NCBI GenBank assembly: GCA_963847705.1
Contig: CAWKBC010000041.1
Coordinates: 1 to 64,000, forward strand
From: an uncultured Pseudomonadota bacterium
GTDB lineage: Bacteria > Myxococcota_A > Polyangia > Fen-1088
Length of the DNA stretch: 64,000 nucleotides
Direction: 5' to 3'
Below the pieces are notes generated by a model. The model did no database searches, was not told the DNA's origin, and saw only the letters and a program-made list of their open reading frames with translations. Below are positions 41,620 to 51,340 of the stretch, piece after piece. How positions within the stretch are numbered: the stretch's first letter is position 1; the number at the start of each line of letters is the position of its first letter. Made by a program: the position numbers and the translations under genes.

Positions 41620-41628
41620 AACCGTCTC

Positions 41629-43026
41629 ATCACGACGGCAGCAACCTCCTCACTGACGCTGACCTTCCGGGGCGGCACCATCGAGCTCGGCGGGCTTTCG
41701 CAGGGCTCGCCAGCGCCGCCCGGGTGCCTGTGGGATCCCCGCACGGCCTGCTTTCGTGCGCCGGCCGCCGGCTACGCGGCGCTGCGGCGGGCGCTGGCGC
41801 GTGATGGCCATGCGGTCGAGGATCGCGCGCGCGGCTACAGCGAGCTTCCCGCCGGCGCGCTCGTCAGACGAGCGTCGCGGCCCTATCAAGACGAGGCGCT
41901 GGCCGCCTGGCGCGCCGCCAGGGGGCGCGGCGTGGTGGTGCTGCCGACCGGCGCGGGAAAGACGCACGTCGCCTGCCTGGCGATCGACGACCGCCGCCGG
42001 AGCACGCTGGTGCTGGCCCCGACGCTGGATCTGGTGCGGCAGTGGTACGACGTCCTGCGGGCGACGTTCGGCGTTCCGGTCGGCGTGATCGGCGGCGGCG
42101 ACTACAGCGTCGAGGCGCTGACCGTGTCGACCTACGACTCGGCGCACCTTCACATGGAGCACCTGGGAAACAAGTTCGGTCTCCTGGTGTTCGACGAGTG
42201 CCATCATCTGCCAGGGCCAGCCTACGCGCTGGCGGCGCGCGCGGCGGTGGCGCCGTTCCGGCTGGGGTTGACGGCGACGCCCGAGCGCGCCGACGGCCGC
42301 CACGCCGATTTCGACGAGCTGTGCGGCCCCATCGTCTACCGCAAGGACATCGTCGATCTCTCGGGCGGCTACCTGGCGCCGTACGAGACGGTGCGGCTCA
42401 CGGTCGAATTGGGACCGGACGACCGCCGCGCCCACGACGAGGCCCGCGCGGTCTACCGCGACTTCATCGCCCGGAACGGCATCCGCATGTCGAGCCCGTC
42501 GGGGTGGTCGGACTTCATCATCCGATCGTCGCGCTCTGAGGACGGCCGCCGCGCGATGGCCGCGTACCGCAAGCAGCGCGAGATCGCCTTCGCCGCGCCG
42601 GCCAAGCTCGACTACGTGGGCCTCTTGCTCGAGCGTCATCGCGAGGACAGGGTCCTGCTCTTCACCCAGGACAACGCCACCGCCTATGCGCTGTCGCGCC
42701 GGTTCCTGATCCCGATCATCACCCACGAGACGCGCGTGCGCGAGCGGAGCGAGATCCTGGCCGGGCTGGCCCGGGGGGCGCGAAATGGCGATGGCTACGG
42801 CGCTCTCGTCACCTCCAAGGTGCTCAACGAGGGGGTCGACATCCCGACCGCCAACGTGGCGGTCGTGGTGTCGGGGAGCGCCTCGGTCCGCGAGCACGTG
42901 CAGCGTCTCGGGCGCATCCTGCGCGCACAGGCCGGCAAGCACGCTCTGCTCTACGAGCTGGTCACCGCCAACACGGCCGAAACCTTCACCAGCGCCCGGC
43001 GGCGCGATCACAGTGCTTACCGCTGA
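41629..43026 (+). CDS. XPB/Rad25-like SF2 helicase (ResIII plus helicase C); start codon uncertain
   Basis: RPYQDEAL, LPTGAGKT, DECHH, LGLTATPER, VLNEGVDIP, QRLGRILR; the RPYQ motif lies upstream of the first GTG (41932). Confidence 0.85.
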   Translation: MTTAATSSLTLTFRGGTIELGGLSQGSPAPPGCLWDPRTACFRAPAAGYAALRRALARDGHAVEDRARGYSELPAGALVRRASRPYQDEALAAWRAARGRGVVVLPTGAGKTHVACLAIDDRRRSTLVLAPTLDLVRQWYDVLRATFGVPVGVIGGGDYSVEALTVSTYDSAHLHMEHLGNKFGLLVFDECHHLPGPAYALAARAAVAPFRLGLTATPERADGRHADFDELCGPIVYRKDIVDLSGGYLAPYETVRLTVELGPDDRRAHDEARAVYRDFIARNGIRMSSPSGWSDFIIRSSRSEDGRRAMAAYRKQREIAFAAPAKLDYVGLLLERHREDRVLLFTQDNATAYALSRRFLIPIITHETRVRERSEILAGLARGARNGDGYGALVTSKVLNEGVDIPTANVAVVVSGSASVREHVQRLGRILRAQAGKHALLYELVTANTAETFTSARRRDHSAYR

Positions 43027-44338
43027 CCTGGTGAGCGCGCGCCGCCGCGGCGACGAGCTGCGCCTGGCGCCGACCGACGATGCCCGGCGGGAGCGGATCG
43101 CCACGCTGGCGGCGGCGCTGACCGCGCGGGCGCGCCAGGAGGTCGGCAACCTGCGCGACGACGTCGAGGAGGCGCTGCGCCAGACCGCCACGGCGCTGGA
43201 AGACGGCGGCGATCGCCGGTTGGGCGCGGCGGTTGGCAAGCTGGTGCGCGACGGGCTCCGCTTCGAGGAGACCTCCGGCCAGACCGCGACCGAGCTGCGG
43301 CGTGAGCTGTTCACGCAGGCGGCGGCTGCGCGCCGAGGCGCCGGCCCGGCCCCCTTCGATCGCGCGGCGTTCCTGGAGAGCTTCGCGCGCGCACGAGGGA
43401 CGACCGCGCGGGCGCTGGAGGCGGCGCTCTACGCCGATCGCCCTGGCGCCCAGCGCCTCCTGGCGGTCGAGGTGCCGGCGCCCGCGCTGGTGGCGGCCGG
43501 GTTCGGGATCTCCGAGGCGCAAGCCGTCCTGCTGAGGGCAACCAAGATCGTCGCCGAGATCGAGGCCGGCGACGCCGCGCTCTACCGCCGCCTCTTCCGC
43601 ACGCTGAAGTTCCTGCGCCTCCTGCCGGTCATCACCCGTCTCGATCAAGCGCGGGACCCCTGGGAGGGTTCCCGCTCCCCCCCGCGACAGACTTCGCCCG
43701 GCAAAGCCGGACTCCGTCCACGCCAACAACGTGGCGGCTACCGGGTCGAGATGGACGGCCCGCTCAGCCTGTTTCAAGGCGGCGGTCGCTACGGGCTCTC
43801 GCTGGCGCTGGCCCTGCCGGCGATCGCCGCCTGCGATCGCTGGAGGCTGGACGCCGACGTTCGCTGGGGCGCGGAGCGCCGCCCGCTGCGCTTTCGACTG
43901 GCGGGCGAGGAGCCCAGCGTCGCGCTCGCGACGGCGGGCGACCCGGCGCGGGGCGACGCGCTTCCCGATGAGCTCGCGGCCTTCATCACCGCCTTCGCGC
44001 GCGTGACGACCGACTGGAAGATCGATCGCGCGCCCGCCATCCTCGATCTCCCGGGGGCGGGGCTCTGCGTCCCCGATCTCTGCTTCGTGCGAACCGCCGA
44101 CGGCGCGCGCGTTCACTTCGAGCTGCTCGGCTTCTGGAGCCGCGAGGCGGTGTTCCGGCGGATCGACCTGGTGCGGGCCGGCCTGCCGCAGAGGATCCTC
44201 TTCGCCGCCAGCAAGAGCCTGCGCGTCGGCGAGGCGCTCCTCGACGACGCGCAGACCGCGGCGCTCTACGTTTTCTCCCGGGTGCTCAACGTCCGCACCA
44301 TCCTCGATCACCTGCAGCGGATTGCGCCGGCACTTTAG
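43013..44338 (+). CDS. DUF790 family (Bax1-like) endonuclease
   Basis: MLTADL, LYAD, AQAVLLRA, DGPLSLF..RYG, CVPDLCF..HFELLGFWS PD-(D/E)xK-like core; overlaps the helicase stop. Confidence 0.85.
   Translation: MLTADLVSARRRGDELRLAPTDDARRERIATLAAALTARARQEVGNLRDDVEEALRQTATALEDGGDRRLGAAVGKLVRDGLRFEETSGQTATELRRELFTQAAAARRGAGPAPFDRAAFLESFARARGTTARALEAALYADRPGAQRLLAVEVPAPALVAAGFGISEAQAVLLRATKIVAEIEAGDAALYRRLFRTLKFLRLLPVITRLDQARDPWEGSRSPPRQTSPGKAGLRPRQQRGGYRVEMDGPLSLFQGGGRYGLSLALALPAIAACDRWRLDADVRWGAERRPLRFRLAGEEPSVALATAGDPARGDALPDELAAFITAFARVTTDWKIDRAPAILDLPGAGLCVPDLCFVRTADGARVHFELLGFWSREAVFRRIDLVRAGLPQRILFAASKSLRVGEALLDDAQTAALYVFSRVLNVRTILDHLQRIAPAL
43653..43724 (-). repeat. REP-like element copy lying in frame inside the DUF790 gene
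   Basis: Reverse complement GGCGTGGACGGAGTCCGGCTTTGCCGGGCG..CGCGGGGGGGAGCGGGAACCCTCCCAGGGGTCCC resembles the 60413 copy. Confidence 0.65.
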
Positions 44339-44355
44339 ACGAGCCCAGAGCGGGC

Positions 44356-46269
44356 TCACTCGCCGTCGAAGTCGCCGGTGGTTCCGGTTCCATCGGCAGC
44401 GTTGTCGACCATGCCGGGCGGAACGGGGTAGTCACCCGAGCTCGGGCCGCCCGTCCCCAGGACTCCCGGCGGGATGCCGTGATAGACGACATCGCCGCCG
44501 TTGCCGTTGTGCACCCCACCCCGGGCCACCAGCAGCCCGTCGTTCTTCATCCAGTTGCAGGTGTTGCCATGTTCGCCATCGCAGTTGAGGAAGATGGCGA
44601 TCTCTTCCTGGTCGGCAGGGAAGTCGGCCACGCCGTCCGTTCCGTTGTTGCGGCCGCTGCCCCCGGTCGACCCGCTGCCGCCCGAGGCGTCGAGGAGACC
44701 GGAGGGCGTCACGTCCAGGTTGCCTTTGCAGACCTGGACCCCGTTGTGGTTGTTGTCGGAGAAGAAGTAGATCATCCCGCCGCCGCCGCCGATGCCACCG
44801 GGATCGGGCGCGCTGCCGCCCCGCACGCTGATGTTCCCGGCGATGGTCTCGTCACCGTCCTTGGTCCAGAACCAGACGTGGCCGCCGCCGCCGGCGGTGC
44901 CGCTGCCCCCTGAGTTGCCTCCCTCGACGGTGATCTTCGCCGATTGATCGATGGCGACGGCGCCGTCGGTCGGCGTCAGCTCCATGTCGATGCGCCCGCC
45001 GTCGGCGCCGTTGCCGCTGCCGCCCACCATGATCGAACCGCCGCTGGCGTCGATCTCCCCGCTGATGTGCACACCGCCGCTGCCGGGATCCTTGCGGGCC
45101 CCACCGTTGAGGAGGCCACCCGCGCCGGGCGCGGTCACCGAGTTGCCGCCCCGCAGGTCCAGCTCCAGCGGGCCTGCGACGTTGACGTTCCCGGTGTCGG
45201 GCTCAGGCGTGATGGTGCCGCCAGTGCCCGCCGCGGCGCCGCCGGCGCCCCCGCTGACGACCACCGGCACGAAGATGGTGATCGCCGTGGGCGGCGTGGT
45301 TTCGCCGATGTGAACCGCGCCGGCGGCGCCACCGGCGATCGTCCCACCGGAGGCCGCGGTGCTGGCCACCCCCCCGCGCCCGTCGACGGTGCCGCCCACC
45401 GCCACCGAGCCGGTCGCGTCGATGGTCAGCGCCGCCGCCGCACCCCCTTGCGCGCCACTGCCGCCGCTGCCGCTGGCGGCGCCGCCCCGAATGAGGATCG
45501 TCCCCGCCAGGACGACGTCGCCGCTCGACTGCACGGTGAGCGCGCCGGCCGCGCCGCCGCTCTGGGTCCCGTCGCCGCCGGCGCTCGTCAGCTTGCCGGT
45601 GACGATCACCTGTTTGGCCGCCAGTCGAAGCGCGCCGCCCGCCTCCCCCGATCCGGAGGCGCCGCTCGTGTCGACGGCGCCGCTGACGTAGATGGTCCCG
45701 CCCACCTCGAGGTCGAGCCCCTGGCGCCCGGCGCCGAGATCGCCGGCCTGCAGCGTGGCCGCCACGTAGAGATCGCCGCTGACCGAGATCTTGCGGGTGG
45801 CGTCGCTCCCGCTCGTGGTCACGTCCGCGCTGACCACCGCGTCGCCGGTGATCGAGACGTCCGCGCCCAGCGCCGATGCGGCGATGGGCGTGGCTCCCGC
45901 TGGTGCGGCGGGGATTGTCGTCGGGGCGGGCGCCTGGGTCGGATCGAACGAGGTGTCCCCCTGCGAGACCAGGTGCACGACGCCCCCGTTTTGCCCCTGA
46001 CCGCTGGCCGAAAGCGCCGTGCCCCCCTGGACGCTCACCTGGGCGGTCAGCGCCGTCCAGGGAGAGCTCGCGACGCCACCGTCGTCGGCTCCCCCGGGCG
46101 ACGAACCGATCCCTCCCGTCGGTCCCGAGCTGCCTCCGCTTCCGCCGACCGTCGCCTTGCCGCTGCCGCCGCAGGCGGCAGCACCGACGAGCAACAGCGT
46201 CAGCGCCGCGCGCTGCCCGCGTCCCCCTCCGTCACCACCCCGTCCCCCTCGTCTCTCGCTCATCCCCAT
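44356..46269 (-). CDS. Gly-rich secreted lipoprotein with probable beta-helical repeats
   Basis: Lipobox GAAAC; recurring GGxGGxV/I..G.I.xxGG repeats. Confidence 0.65.
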   Translation of the reverse strand: MGMSERRGGRGGDGGGRGQRAALTLLLVGAAACGGSGKATVGGSGGSSGPTGGIGSSPGGADDGGVASSPWTALTAQVSVQGGTALSASGQGQNGGVVHLVSQGDTSFDPTQAPAPTTIPAAPAGATPIAASALGADVSITGDAVVSADVTTSGSDATRKISVSGDLYVAATLQAGDLGAGRQGLDLEVGGTIYVSGAVDTSGASGSGEAGGALRLAAKQVIVTGKLTSAGGDGTQSGGAAGALTVQSSGDVVLAGTILIRGGAASGSGGSGAQGGAAAALTIDATGSVAVGGTVDGRGGVASTAASGGTIAGGAAGAVHIGETTPPTAITIFVPVVVSGGAGGAAAGTGGTITPEPDTGNVNVAGPLELDLRGGNSVTAPGAGGLLNGGARKDPGSGGVHISGEIDASGGSIMVGGSGNGADGGRIDMELTPTDGAVAIDQSAKITVEGGNSGGSGTAGGGGHVWFWTKDGDETIAGNISVRGGSAPDPGGIGGGGGMIYFFSDNNHNGVQVCKGNLDVTPSGLLDASGGSGSTGGSGRNNGTDGVADFPADQEEIAIFLNCDGEHGNTCNWMKNDGLLVARGGVHNGNGGDVVYHGIPPGVLGTGGPSSGDYPVPPGMVDNAADGTGTTGDFDGE

Positions 46270-46290
46270 GGCTCCGCCCTTCGTCGTTTC

Positions 46291-47718
46291 CTATTGGCCG
46301 CCGCCGTCGGTGCCCCCGCACCCTTCGTCGACCTGGCCGTTGCAGTTGTCGTCGATCCCGTTGCCACAAATCTCCGCCGCGCCCGGGTGCACGGCCGCGT
46401 TGGTGTCGTCGCACTCGTCGCACCATCGGTAGCCGTCGCCGTCGGCGTCGGTCGCCGCGGCGGGCACCCCGCGCTCGCAGTCGACGAACGTCTGGAGATA
46501 GCTGGCGCGCTGGGCGACGACGGCACGCGCGGTCGCGGTCGCCTGCTGGACCTGCGCGGCGGTGGCCCAGGCGTGGGGATCGCTGCCGGCCGCATCGGCG
46601 ATCTGCTGCGACCAGCTGTCGATCCACCCTTGAATCTGACCGACGTCCCACCTGGCCAGCAGACCGGCGATCGCCTCGGCGTACTTGGCGCGCCACCCGG
46701 CGTCGCCGAGGACGATCATCCACTTGTCGCCCGGCAGCGGTGCCGGCTTCGCCCGCGCGTACCAAAAATAGACCGGATGGTCGGTCGCCCCCACCAGATC
46801 GAAGTCGGACAACCAGTCGAAGGTCGAGTCGGTGTCGTCGGGGAGAAAGACGTAGCCGGCCGACCCCTGATCGTAGAGGTAGAAGTTGTGCGAGCCGCCG
46901 TAGTAACCGTCGGCGTCGTTGAGCAGCGCCTCGGCCGCCCAGGAGGTCAGCGAGCCTTGAATGTCGACGATGGCAGCGAGCGAGCCCAGGTCCTCGGCCG
47001 CCAGGAAGGTGGTGAGCCGTCCGTAGTTGGGGCTCATCTCGTTGGTCTCTGCCTGCGTCGCCCCCTTCCAGAGATCGCCCGCGGCATTCGAGGGGAAGAA
47101 CTGCTTCACCACCGCGTCTCCCACCCCCTGTTCGACCGAGTAGAGGCCGTAGTACGCCCCGTTGATCTCCAGCCGCCCGTTGACCGAGCAGGGGGCCAGG
47201 ACGCCGACCTGGCGCAACCAGTGTTGAGAGAGGCGATCGTGCAGGAACGTCCAGTCGGAGCGCGGCATGTCGAACACCAGCTTCGTCACGCCGTGGAACT
47301 TGCCGCTCGGGTTGGTCTGATCGAACGAGACGTCGAACTGCATCTTGGCGCGAGGGCCGTCGAGCGTGACGGTCTGGTACCAGGACGAGGCGCCGTGCAG
47401 CTTGACGGCGGCGTCGCTCACCGTCTCGTTGCCGAGGTGAAAGACGATCGGATGGTAGACGGTGAAGTCGGCGCCGCTCTCGAGCGCCGCAAGATTGTTG
47501 AATTCGGCCTCCATGGCCGTCCAGTCCGCGTCGCTGATGTCGAAGGAGTAGGTCGCCAGCGTCCCTTCATCGAACAGATCGGCACAGGCCGACGGCGCCG
47601 CCCCGTCGGGCTGATCCTTGGCGACGGCGCCGGTCGTCGAATGCGAGCTGCCGCAATCGACGAGCGCGATCAATGAGACCGTCGCCACCCCTGCGAAAAA
47701 CCCGTATGCGCCGCGCAT
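46291..47718 (-). CDS. CotH kinase family lipoprotein with C-terminal putative metal-binding (MopE-like) repeat
   Basis: AVKLHGASS, LEINGAYYGLYSVEQ, DGY..HNFYLY, LPDDTDSTF; DADGDGY..CDDTNAAVHPGAAEICGNGIDDNCNGQVDE; start 47718 or 47724. Confidence 0.85.
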   Translation of the reverse strand: MRGAYGFFAGVATVSLIALVDCGSSHSTTGAVAKDQPDGAAPSACADLFDEGTLATYSFDISDADWTAMEAEFNNLAALESGADFTVYHPIVFHLGNETVSDAAVKLHGASSWYQTVTLDGPRAKMQFDVSFDQTNPSGKFHGVTKLVFDMPRSDWTFLHDRLSQHWLRQVGVLAPCSVNGRLEINGAYYGLYSVEQGVGDAVVKQFFPSNAAGDLWKGATQAETNEMSPNYGRLTTFLAAEDLGSLAAIVDIQGSLTSWAAEALLNDADGYYGGSHNFYLYDQGSAGYVFLPDDTDSTFDWLSDFDLVGATDHPVYFWYARAKPAPLPGDKWMIVLGDAGWRAKYAEAIAGLLARWDVGQIQGWIDSWSQQIADAAGSDPHAWATAAQVQQATATARAVVAQRASYLQTFVDCERGVPAAATDADGDGYRWCDECDDTNAAVHPGAAEICGNGIDDNCNGQVDEGCGGTDGGGQ

Positions 47719-47745
47719 CGTCATCTCCAGTCCGGCCCGATGTTG

Positions 47746-47761
47746 AGCAAGCGCGGTGCCC
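47746..47761 (-). promoter_or_regulatory. Putative sigma-54 (-24/-12) promoter
   Basis: Minus strand GGGCACCGCGCTTGCT, near-consensus TGGCAC-N5-TTGCW, just upstream of the CotH gene. Confidence 0.65.
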
Positions 47762-47933
47762 GGACCTGCCTCCGAAAATCGGCGCCCAATCGCCGGCAAT
47801 TCGACAGAACGGGAACCATGATGTCGCCCCGCGGTAACGAGCAACGACAGCGAACAACGATGAACGCCGACGGCCGGAGCGCCTTGGCGGCGCCCTTCTC
47901 GATGGCCGGCGAGTTGCTTGTGTGTTGAGGACG

Positions 47934-49739
47934 ATGGACTTCGGCGGGCGGTGGCAAATGGGCGTGAGGCTGGACACGGGGAACGACGGGAGGTGCGCCA
48001 GGAGACGGGTTGTCTCAGGAGCACTGGGCGGCCTGCTGGCCGCCGCCGTCTGGACGTTGGGCTGCGGCGGCGGATCGAGTGGCAGCGGCGCGCACGCGGA
48101 GGGGGGATCGCACATCAATCAAACCGGCGCGGCCGGTCTCTCCATCAACGAGATCATGTCGCTCAACGTGCTGACCACGAAGGATGAGAACGGCGTGGCG
48201 TCGCCCTGGATCGAGATCCACAACCCGACCGGGCAGGACGTCGATCTGACCGGCTACGCGCTGACCGACGACTTCAATACACCCCAAAAGGCGATCCTCC
48301 CGGCGGGCCTGGTCGTCAAGGCGAACGGGAATCTCCTGCTGTGGGCCGATCAAAATCCGTCAGCGGGCCCGGCGCACGTCAACCTGTTCCTTCCGGCCGC
48401 CGGCGGTTCGATCGGGCTGGCGGGCCCGGACGGCTCGTTCATCGACCGGCTGACCTTCGGTGCCCAGGACGTCGATCTCTCCGCGGCGCGCGAGCCCGAC
48501 GGCTCGACCAACTGGGTCACGGAATGGAACGCCTCGCCGGGCGCGGCCAACCCGATGGGGATGGGAATGGGGCAACCACTTACCCAGGCTGCCAGCGATC
48601 CGCCCGAGATGATCCCCCCCGCCGGCGACCTGAGCGACCAGGTCCTCGGCTACGACCTGCAACCGCAGTTCGACCTGCAGATCTCCGACGACGGCATCAC
48701 CTCGCTGCGCGCGGCACCGACCACCTGGGTCCAGGCGACGCTGACCTTCCAGGGGCGCGCCTACGGTCCGATCGGCGTGAACCTCAAGGGGACCTCGTCC
48801 TTCCAGCCGATCGACCAGAAGCCGGCGTTCCGGGTGGACATCAACCACTTCGTCAAAGGAGCGCGGCTGTTCGGGCTCAAGGAGATCCTGCTCAACAACA
48901 TGGTGCAGGACCCCTCGATGATTCACGAGCGGCTGGCCTACTGGATCGGTCGCCAGATCGGCTCTGTCCCGACCCCCCGTTCGAACCACGCCTGGGTGAC
49001 GATGAACGGCACGGCGCTGGGCCTCTACGCCACCGTCGAGGAGGCCAAGGACACGATGATGGCCTACTCGTTCGCCGACGCGAGCGGCGGCGTCTTCACC
49101 ATCAACTACGCCGATTTCTCCACCAAGTATCTTCCCAACTTCCAGTACCAGGACGGCAATGACGACACCACCCTCATCACCGACACCATGAGCGCGTTGA
49201 CCCAGCAGCCCGCCAGCGCCGCCACCGCGGCCGCCGGCCAGTCCGTCAACATGCACGAGTTCGCGCGCTACTGGGCGCTGATGGTGCTGACGGGCCACTG
49301 GGGCGGCTGGCCCTACGCGCCCGACCCCGAGCCGGTCGGCGCGAACGCGCGCATCTACGCCGACCCGACCAGCAAGCAGCTCTACTTCATCCCTCAGGGG
49401 ATCAACGACGCCTTCGGAACCGGAGACTTCGACTTCATCGCCACGCTGAAGTCGAAGCTGGCCAAGGACTGCGCCCGCACGCCGTCGTGCTTCCAGGACT
49501 TCAGCGGCCAGCTGATGGAGATCTTGGGGAAGGCCCAGCAGCTCAACTGGACCGCCGAAGCGGCGCGGGTGTCGGCGCAGATCGCCTCCTACGTCTCGAT
49601 GGACACCAAGAAGCCGAACAGCGACGCCGACGTGGCGATGTACCAGCAGCAGGTCGCCAACTTCATGAACGATCGCAGCGCCTCCATCACCAAGTACCTC
49701 GTCGCGCCGGCGAGCACCGCGACCGCCAGCACGCCCTGA
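47934..49739 (+). CDS. Lamin-tail-domain plus CotH kinase family lipoprotein
   Basis: INEIMS..PWIEIHNPTGQDVDLTGYALTD (LTD); GVNLKGTSSF, LNNMVQDPSMIHERLAY, GLYATVE; start uncertain (47922-47958). Confidence 0.85.
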   Translation: MDFGGRWQMGVRLDTGNDGRCARRRVVSGALGGLLAAAVWTLGCGGGSSGSGAHAEGGSHINQTGAAGLSINEIMSLNVLTTKDENGVASPWIEIHNPTGQDVDLTGYALTDDFNTPQKAILPAGLVVKANGNLLLWADQNPSAGPAHVNLFLPAAGGSIGLAGPDGSFIDRLTFGAQDVDLSAAREPDGSTNWVTEWNASPGAANPMGMGMGQPLTQAASDPPEMIPPAGDLSDQVLGYDLQPQFDLQISDDGITSLRAAPTTWVQATLTFQGRAYGPIGVNLKGTSSFQPIDQKPAFRVDINHFVKGARLFGLKEILLNNMVQDPSMIHERLAYWIGRQIGSVPTPRSNHAWVTMNGTALGLYATVEEAKDTMMAYSFADASGGVFTINYADFSTKYLPNFQYQDGNDDTTLITDTMSALTQQPASAATAAAGQSVNMHEFARYWALMVLTGHWGGWPYAPDPEPVGANARIYADPTSKQLYFIPQGINDAFGTGDFDFIATLKSKLAKDCARTPSCFQDFSGQLMEILGKAQQLNWTAEAARVSAQIASYVSMDTKKPNSDADVAMYQQQVANFMNDRSASITKYLVAPASTATASTP

Positions 49740-49773
49740 GGCCCCTCGACGCGCCCGCGAGGCTTCGGCGGAT

Positions 49774-51327
49774 CTAGAGCGCGTGCCCGTGAGGCAAACC
49801 GGTGCGGTACTTGCCGTCGCCGTCCACGTCGAGGAACACCGGGTTGGTCAGGGCGAAGGGATAGGCGGTGAAGGTCTTGCCGTCGCCGACCACGGGTGAC
49901 ATCGACCGATCGCCGTCGACGCGCACGACGACGTAGCCGTCGCGCGGCGTGGTGAGATCGAAGGTCTCTTTCAACCGGACGGCGTCGGTCCCCGGCGGGA
50001 CGGTCCAACGCTTGGCCTCTTCGCCGTTCAGGTAGAGCGTCACGCGGCTGACCGAAACCCAGGGCGCCGCCTGCACCGTCACCTCGGCGTGCGCCTTCCC
50101 GCCGCGCGCCGGGACGAGATCGCCGATGGTCCCCCCGTTGACCAGTAGCGAGACGAACGGGCCGGTGGTGAAGAAGACGTGGTGGCCCTTGATCGCAGTG
50201 GCGATCTCCTTCGGGTCGATGCGCTCGGGTTTGTCCTCCCGAACCTTGACGTAGTTGCGCGGGTAGCCGCCGATGTTGAACGTCAGGTGGTGGGTGTCGG
50301 AGTTGCCAGTCGCCGTCACCAGGTGGTCGTGGTTGAGCAACGAGAACCAGTCGTCGACGACGCGATCGACGCTGCGCCGGACCGGATCCTGATAGCCGTT
50401 CATCACCTCCAGCGCATCGAAGTCCCAGGAGAAGCCGGCACGCCCCGCCCGATCGCTGCGCGCGTCGAACTGTCCGAGATCGAAGTAGCCGATCTCGTTG
50501 TCGATGCGCGGGTGATGCACGTTGATGACCGCGCCGGGGGCGTCGCGCCGCACGTCCTTGAAGAAATCGTCGGGCTTGCGGCCGTGGACCAGAATGGCCC
50601 CCTCGCCCGCGCGCTCGATGTCGCGCGGCAGGGGGAAGGCGCCGAAGTGTCCCCAGCCGTTGGTCGTCAGCTCGTCGCCGACGGCGCTGGTGATGTAGCG
50701 GCCGGCGTCCAGCTCCTTGATGTACGGCTCGTAGTCGGAGATGACGTTGTGGTCGGTGGCGACGATCATCTGCACGTCGTCGGCGACGAACTCGAAGATC
50801 CGGTCGTACATCGGGACGCGCGAGTCGGACGAGCGCGCCGCGTGCACGTGAAAGTCGGCCGACAGCCACCCGGGCGTCTCCACGACGTGGGCCAGGCTGG
50901 CCGTGATGGTTGCGCCGCGGGCGGTCAGCTTCAGCTTCCTGGTCGTGGAGATCTCCCACTCGGGCCCGCGGCTCACGGTCACGTCGTAGGTCCCGAGCGG
51001 CAGGCGCGTCACGCCGACGCCGGTCAGCGACATCACCCGGTTGAAGGCGGCGATGGCGCCGTCCCCTTCCTGCCGGGCGATGTCGACGCGCGTGAACTCC
51101 GGATCGTGCGTCCCGTCGACGCCGACGAAGGTCAGCTTGCAGGGGATCGGCTTGCCGGTCTTGGTGTCGCGCACGTCGTAGCCGACGCCGCCTTCAGCCG
51201 GCAGCTTCGGCGGCGCGAGCGCAGGCGCGCCCGCAGTCGCGGCGACGACGGCCGAGATTCCCAGCGCGTACGAGATCCCGACGGCCAGGACCCGCGCCCA
51301 CGATCGCCTTCCCTGTGCGCGCCCCAT
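49774..51327 (-). CDS. Secreted PHP-fold metallohydrolase (CehA/McbA family)
   Basis: SRGPEW, SADFHVH, ATDHN, GHFGAFP, NVHHPR, TGNSDTH, TTGPF, ALTNPV. Confidence 0.85.
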   Translation of the reverse strand: MGRAQGRRSWARVLAVGISYALGISAVVAATAGAPALAPPKLPAEGGVGYDVRDTKTGKPIPCKLTFVGVDGTHDPEFTRVDIARQEGDGAIAAFNRVMSLTGVGVTRLPLGTYDVTVSRGPEWEISTTRKLKLTARGATITASLAHVVETPGWLSADFHVHAARSSDSRVPMYDRIFEFVADDVQMIVATDHNVISDYEPYIKELDAGRYITSAVGDELTTNGWGHFGAFPLPRDIERAGEGAILVHGRKPDDFFKDVRRDAPGAVINVHHPRIDNEIGYFDLGQFDARSDRAGRAGFSWDFDALEVMNGYQDPVRRSVDRVVDDWFSLLNHDHLVTATGNSDTHHLTFNIGGYPRNYVKVREDKPERIDPKEIATAIKGHHVFFTTGPFVSLLVNGGTIGDLVPARGGKAHAEVTVQAAPWVSVSRVTLYLNGEEAKRWTVPPGTDAVRLKETFDLTTPRDGYVVVRVDGDRSMSPVVGDGKTFTAYPFALTNPVFLDVDGDGKYRTGLPHGHAL

Positions 51328-51340
51328 CGCGCCGACGATA

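Noticed and set aside
41629-44338. Restriction-modification or anti-phage system
   Set aside because: No DNA methyltransferase or other defence gene adjacent; it fits the XPB/DUF790 pairing better, though a defence role is not excluded.
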